Below, piece by piece: positions 60,829 through 64,000 of a stretch of DNA of 64,000 bases. Source of the DNA: Candidatus Marinacidobacterales bacterium (GTDB lineage: Bacteria > Acidobacteriota > Vicinamibacteria > Marinacidobacterales > DATDRI01). Under the pieces are notes generated by a model. It was not told where the DNA came from. It was given only the letters and a program-made list of their open reading frames with translations, and ran no database searches. The stretch is from positions 1,760,001 through 1,824,000 of the forward strand of contig OZ245365.1 in assembly GCA_965226495.1 (NCBI GenBank), written 5' to 3'. Made by a program: the position numbers and the translations under genes. Position 1 is the first letter of the stretch; the number at the start of each line of letters is the position of its first letter.

Positions 60829-61092
60829 GTCAGCATCCTCGCGGAGTTGGTTTTGATTCGGCGCCGCAGCCTCATCCGGGGGATGGGTGTCGAGCCGGCC
60901 GCCCCCGCAACCGAAGCCACTCCTCGGGTATCGCAACTGACCGAGGCCACCGATCCGGTTTGTGGTATGACCGTGGAGGTGGAATCTGCGCAACACCTCT
61001 CCGACCATGCGGGCCAGGTTTACTATTTCTGTTGCTCTGGTTGTAAGCGGTCTTTTGATCGGGAACCAAAAACTTACTTGGTGAAGCGCTAG
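60829..61092 (+). pseudogene. XdhC C-terminal remnant fused to intact YHS domain
   Basis: VSILAELV..RR (XdhC terminal helix), a linker, then DPVCGMTV...YYFCCSGCKRSF...P..Y. Confidence 0.65.
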
Positions 61093-61095
61093 CCG

Positions 61096-61539
61096 ATGCA
61101 TTTCGAAGGCAAAATCAACATCAAACAGAAACGCTCGGAGGTTTGGGCGTTTCTGATCGATGCCGAGGCCGTGAGTCATTGTATGCCAGGGCTCGAGTCC
61201 ATCGAGATCGTGACCCCTAACAAGAAATTCCGCGCCCTTGGTGCATTGGGTCTCGGTACGGTCAAGATCAAGATGAATAGCGATGTGGAATGGGTAGAGC
61301 TCGATGCTCCTAATCGAGCGACAATGAAAATGAATGGCACCGCACCAGGAAGCTCGATCGACGTTGCCAGCGAGATGCTCTTGGCCGATGGTGCCGACGG
61401 TTCTACCGATATGGAGTGGTCGGCAGAGGTGAAAGTGCTGGGGACCATCGCGAGCCTCGCCGCGCGACTCATGAAACCCGTCACCCAAAAACTGACCGGT
61501 CAGTTCTTCACTTGCGTTAAAAAGAAACTCGAAAAATGA
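61096..61539 (+). CDS. coxG: CoxG/SRPBCC family protein
   Basis: VWAFL.D......CMPG, V.GTIASL..RL, QFF. Confidence 0.85.
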   Translation: MHFEGKINIKQKRSEVWAFLIDAEAVSHCMPGLESIEIVTPNKKFRALGALGLGTVKIKMNSDVEWVELDAPNRATMKMNGTAPGSSIDVASEMLLADGADGSTDMEWSAEVKVLGTIASLAARLMKPVTQKLTGQFFTCVKKKLEK

Positions 61540-62558
61540 AATTCGGTCCCGTTCCTTTGGGAAGGGCCGAAGGCAAGATTCTGGGGCACAACGTTGCCGG
61601 TCGCGACGGCCGGCGGTTGCTCCGGAAGGGGAAAGCTCTCACTACGGAGCATGTGGCAGTGCTCCGTGGGATGGGGCGGACCGTGGTCTACGTCGCTGAG
61701 CTCGAGCCCGGCGACGTGGGCGAGGACGTGGCCGCGCGTCGTGTTGCCGACGCGGCGAAGGGCGATGGTCTTCGTCTCTTGGGCTCCTCCACAGGTCGGG
61801 TCAACGTTTTGTCTACCACCCAGGGTTTGTTTCGATTGAATCCCGATCGGCTGGTTCGACTCAACGAGTGTGACGGTGTCACCCTCGCTGCGCTCGATAC
61901 TCACACGGCCGTCGGCCCCGGTCAGGCAGTAGCCACCATCAAGGTTATTCCGTACGCGGTGCCAGAACGGACCGTCGCCCGTGCCGAGGCGATCGCCATC
62001 GAGGGAGAACCTCTCATCCGCGTGGACGCGCTCCCATCGCGGGCGGTGGGGATGATCTTATCGGGGTCGCCGTCGGTTCGCAGCAAGCTCTTCGAAGATT
62101 TCTTTCCACTAGAGGAAAGGGTGCGAAGCCTGGGCTCTCACATTTCGAAACGCGACTACGTCACATTGGACGATGATTCGGGAGAGTCTTCGCTGGCCTC
62201 GGTGATTGGGCAGCAACGGGATGCCGGCGTCCATCTGATCCTCTTTGCCGGAGAGACCGCGATCATGGACGCGCGAGACATTATGCCCCGTGCGCTCGAG
62301 CGTGCTGGCGGACGCGTCACCTGTGTCGGCGCCCCCGTGGATCCGGGCAACCTCCTCATGCTGGGCTATATTGGTGACGTGCCGGTGCTTGGTGCGCCCG
62401 GCTGCGCCAGGAGCAGGAAGGTCAACGTCGTGGATTGGGTGCTTCCTCGACTGCTGGTCGGAGATCGTTTGACGCGTGCGGATATAGTCGCCTTAGGACA
62501 CGGTGGTCTTCTGGAGGACGTGCCGGAGCGACCGTTGCCGCGTAGCCGCATCGACTGA
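61536..62558 (+). CDS. Molybdopterin-binding (MoeA-like) protein
   Basis: MKFGPVPL..AEG.IL.H, TGRVN, ATIKVIPY, PVDPGNLL, PGCARS, GHGGLL. Confidence 0.85.
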   Translation: MKFGPVPLGRAEGKILGHNVAGRDGRRLLRKGKALTTEHVAVLRGMGRTVVYVAELEPGDVGEDVAARRVADAAKGDGLRLLGSSTGRVNVLSTTQGLFRLNPDRLVRLNECDGVTLAALDTHTAVGPGQAVATIKVIPYAVPERTVARAEAIAIEGEPLIRVDALPSRAVGMILSGSPSVRSKLFEDFFPLEERVRSLGSHISKRDYVTLDDDSGESSLASVIGQQRDAGVHLILFAGETAIMDARDIMPRALERAGGRVTCVGAPVDPGNLLMLGYIGDVPVLGAPGCARSRKVNVVDWVLPRLLVGDRLTRADIVALGHGGLLEDVPERPLPRSRID

Positions 62559-62567
62559 GCAAAGAAG

Positions 62568-63365
62568 ATGACATCGAAGAGAGGCACCGTCGCCGTGACC
62601 CCTGCTAACCTTGTTGCAACTGTCGCACTTGTCGTCTTCGCAGCGGCAGCTCCCTCCGTTTTCGGGCAGAGTTGTCCGCCGTGTGGGGATTACGAGACCG
62701 TCGTCGAAAAGAGACGCCAATTGGAACAGGCCTTCGGGCTTTCGCTCACCGTCCCCGACTGCTTAGGAGTTACCAACCTTAATATCTGTCGGAAGATCGA
62801 AAAGATCTTGGAGAACGTCACGCAGGGTATCGATGCCATCGTGACCCGCAACATTCCTGAGGGAGAGCGCGGGTGTCTGAGCTGCGATCCGCAGCCCAAC
62901 TTGATCTCGCTCACCCATGGTCTCAACTCGTTGACTTATTTCCTGTTGGACAATGGCTATGGGGATCCGAATTCCTCGCACGAGAACCGGCTAGCGAGTT
63001 TGAAGAAGTGGAGAGGCTATCGATGTCCTTGCTCAGCGTCATCGTCTGACGGAGCGGCGCCGGCATCCGTCGATGATCCCGAGGACACCGCACGCGAAGA
63101 GCTAATGAGGAAGTGTGGCCCAAACTTCACAAAAAGAAGAAAGGGGTTGCGTCAGGTTCTTCGGGTTCCGGATGATCGCAATGGATGCTACCAGTCGCGG
63201 AAGTGCCGGGGAGCTATGTCGTACAAGGGCTTCGATGCCGAGCCAGGCTTCTGGTCTTATGACGGCGAGAACTGGTACATCTGGGCCGAGCGGCTGAGTA
63301 CCGACGGAGAATGGGCCGAGTGTCTTCCCGAGGCTGAGACCGAGGAGTCGGATCCGCCGGACTAG
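62568..63365 (+). CDS. Hypothetical cysteine-rich secreted protein
   Basis: Signal peptide, 12 Cys, aromatic C-terminal domain (PGFWSYDGENWYIW). Confidence 0.65.
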   Translation: MTSKRGTVAVTPANLVATVALVVFAAAAPSVFGQSCPPCGDYETVVEKRRQLEQAFGLSLTVPDCLGVTNLNICRKIEKILENVTQGIDAIVTRNIPEGERGCLSCDPQPNLISLTHGLNSLTYFLLDNGYGDPNSSHENRLASLKKWRGYRCPCSASSSDGAAPASVDDPEDTAREELMRKCGPNFTKRRKGLRQVLRVPDDRNGCYQSRKCRGAMSYKGFDAEPGFWSYDGENWYIWAERLSTDGEWAECLPEAETEESDPPD

Positions 63366-63445
63366 GCCGGCTTACCAAGAGCCTTGAGCATGCCCTTGGC
63401 CTGCATCGCACGCCGCCTTCCGCAGCGAGCCTGTCGAGCGGAGGG

Positions 63446-64000
63446 CTAGGCCGCGTCAGCGGCCGAACTGGAAGAATGCCCATAGTTGCGCCTCTTTAGA
63501 AAACGCGGTGAACGGTCGTGCTCGGAGAGCGCGTCGTTCAAGATAACACCCGCCTCGTCGCACTTGCCGGCTTTTTCTAGATGCTGAGCAAGAAGAACCT
63601 TGTGCTGCATGCGGGGATTTGCCTCCACAAGCCCCTTGAGAGCCCCCAGGCATTCCTCCTGACGTCCATTTTCGAAGAGCGCATGAGCGAGTGGTGGCCA
63701 GGCAGCATACTGTCGGTAGGTTCTATCGATTGCGGTTAGGGTGTTGAGACGCTCGGCCGCCTGCGAATATTCCTTCTGGGCAATCAAAGTTAACCCCAAA
63801 CCATAGAGAGCCTCGAGATCTTGAGGTTCTTGCCGCAGCGCCTCCGTAAAGTGTTCGTCCGCTTCGTGATAGTTGCCCCAGTCGTAGAGTCCCTGGGCTA
63901 GTGCGATGCGGTTCGCCAAGCTGGGTGTCTGCTGAAAGTGGTACCGCAGGTCTTCCACCGAAGGTGGTTTTCGAAAGATATCCCCGATCCGTGCTAAGAT
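63446..64000 (-). CDS. TPR-repeat protein, 5'-truncated by window edge
   Basis: TPSLANRIALAQ, EALYGLG and further TPR helices; frame continues toward the window end. Confidence 0.75.
   Translation of the reverse strand: MLARIGDIFRKPPSVEDLRYHFQQTPSLANRIALAQGLYDWGNYHEADEHFTEALRQEPQDLEALYGLGLTLIAQKEYSQAAERLNTLTAIDRTYRQYAAWPPLAHALFENGRQEECLGALKGLVEANPRMQHKVLLAQHLEKAGKCDEAGVILNDALSEHDRSPRFLKRRNYGHSSSSAADAA

Noticed and set aside
62568-63365. c-type cytochrome
   Set aside because: The CxxC motifs are not followed by His.

Overview
This is a GC-rich bacterial chromosome segment. Its gene repertoire resembles Acidobacteriota/Vicinamibacteria (inference only). Molybdenum/tungsten enzymes dominate: (i) a cytoplasmic selenocysteine formate dehydrogenase whose alpha chain is split and gene-permuted, with a NuoE-NuoF fusion; (ii) a periplasmic selenocysteine FdnGHI-FdhE operon; (iii) a nicotinate-dehydrogenase/6-hydroxynicotinate-reductase-type operon; (iv) mocA/YHS/coxG/moeA-like maturation genes. 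Both FDH UGA codons have a SECIS hairpin 11 nt downstream. The rest comprises secreted hydrolases (VPS10-type propeller, M14 peptidase, amidohydrolases), a hydantoinase/oxoprolinase pair, a Cache-HAMP-PP2C sensor, MscS, an alpha-carbonic anhydrase, a Phd-VapC toxin-antitoxin pair and GT-C glycosyltransferases. The most unusual element is a two-gene module: a SatD cyclase-like/HTH protein plus a degenerate DUF3307-like membrane protein, preceded by an AT-rich block with four evenly phased 20-bp palindromic sites. The window also has many lesions: two in-frame nonsense codons at conserved residues of Mo-enzyme large subunits, at least five +/-1 homopolymer frameshifts (probably assembly errors), a 13-bp templated insertion, a 57-bp duplication, an in-frame MBOAT/beta-barrel chimera, several gene remnants, and a palindromic element inserted in frame in a TPR gene. 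No tRNA, rRNA, CRISPR array or transposase was recognised.
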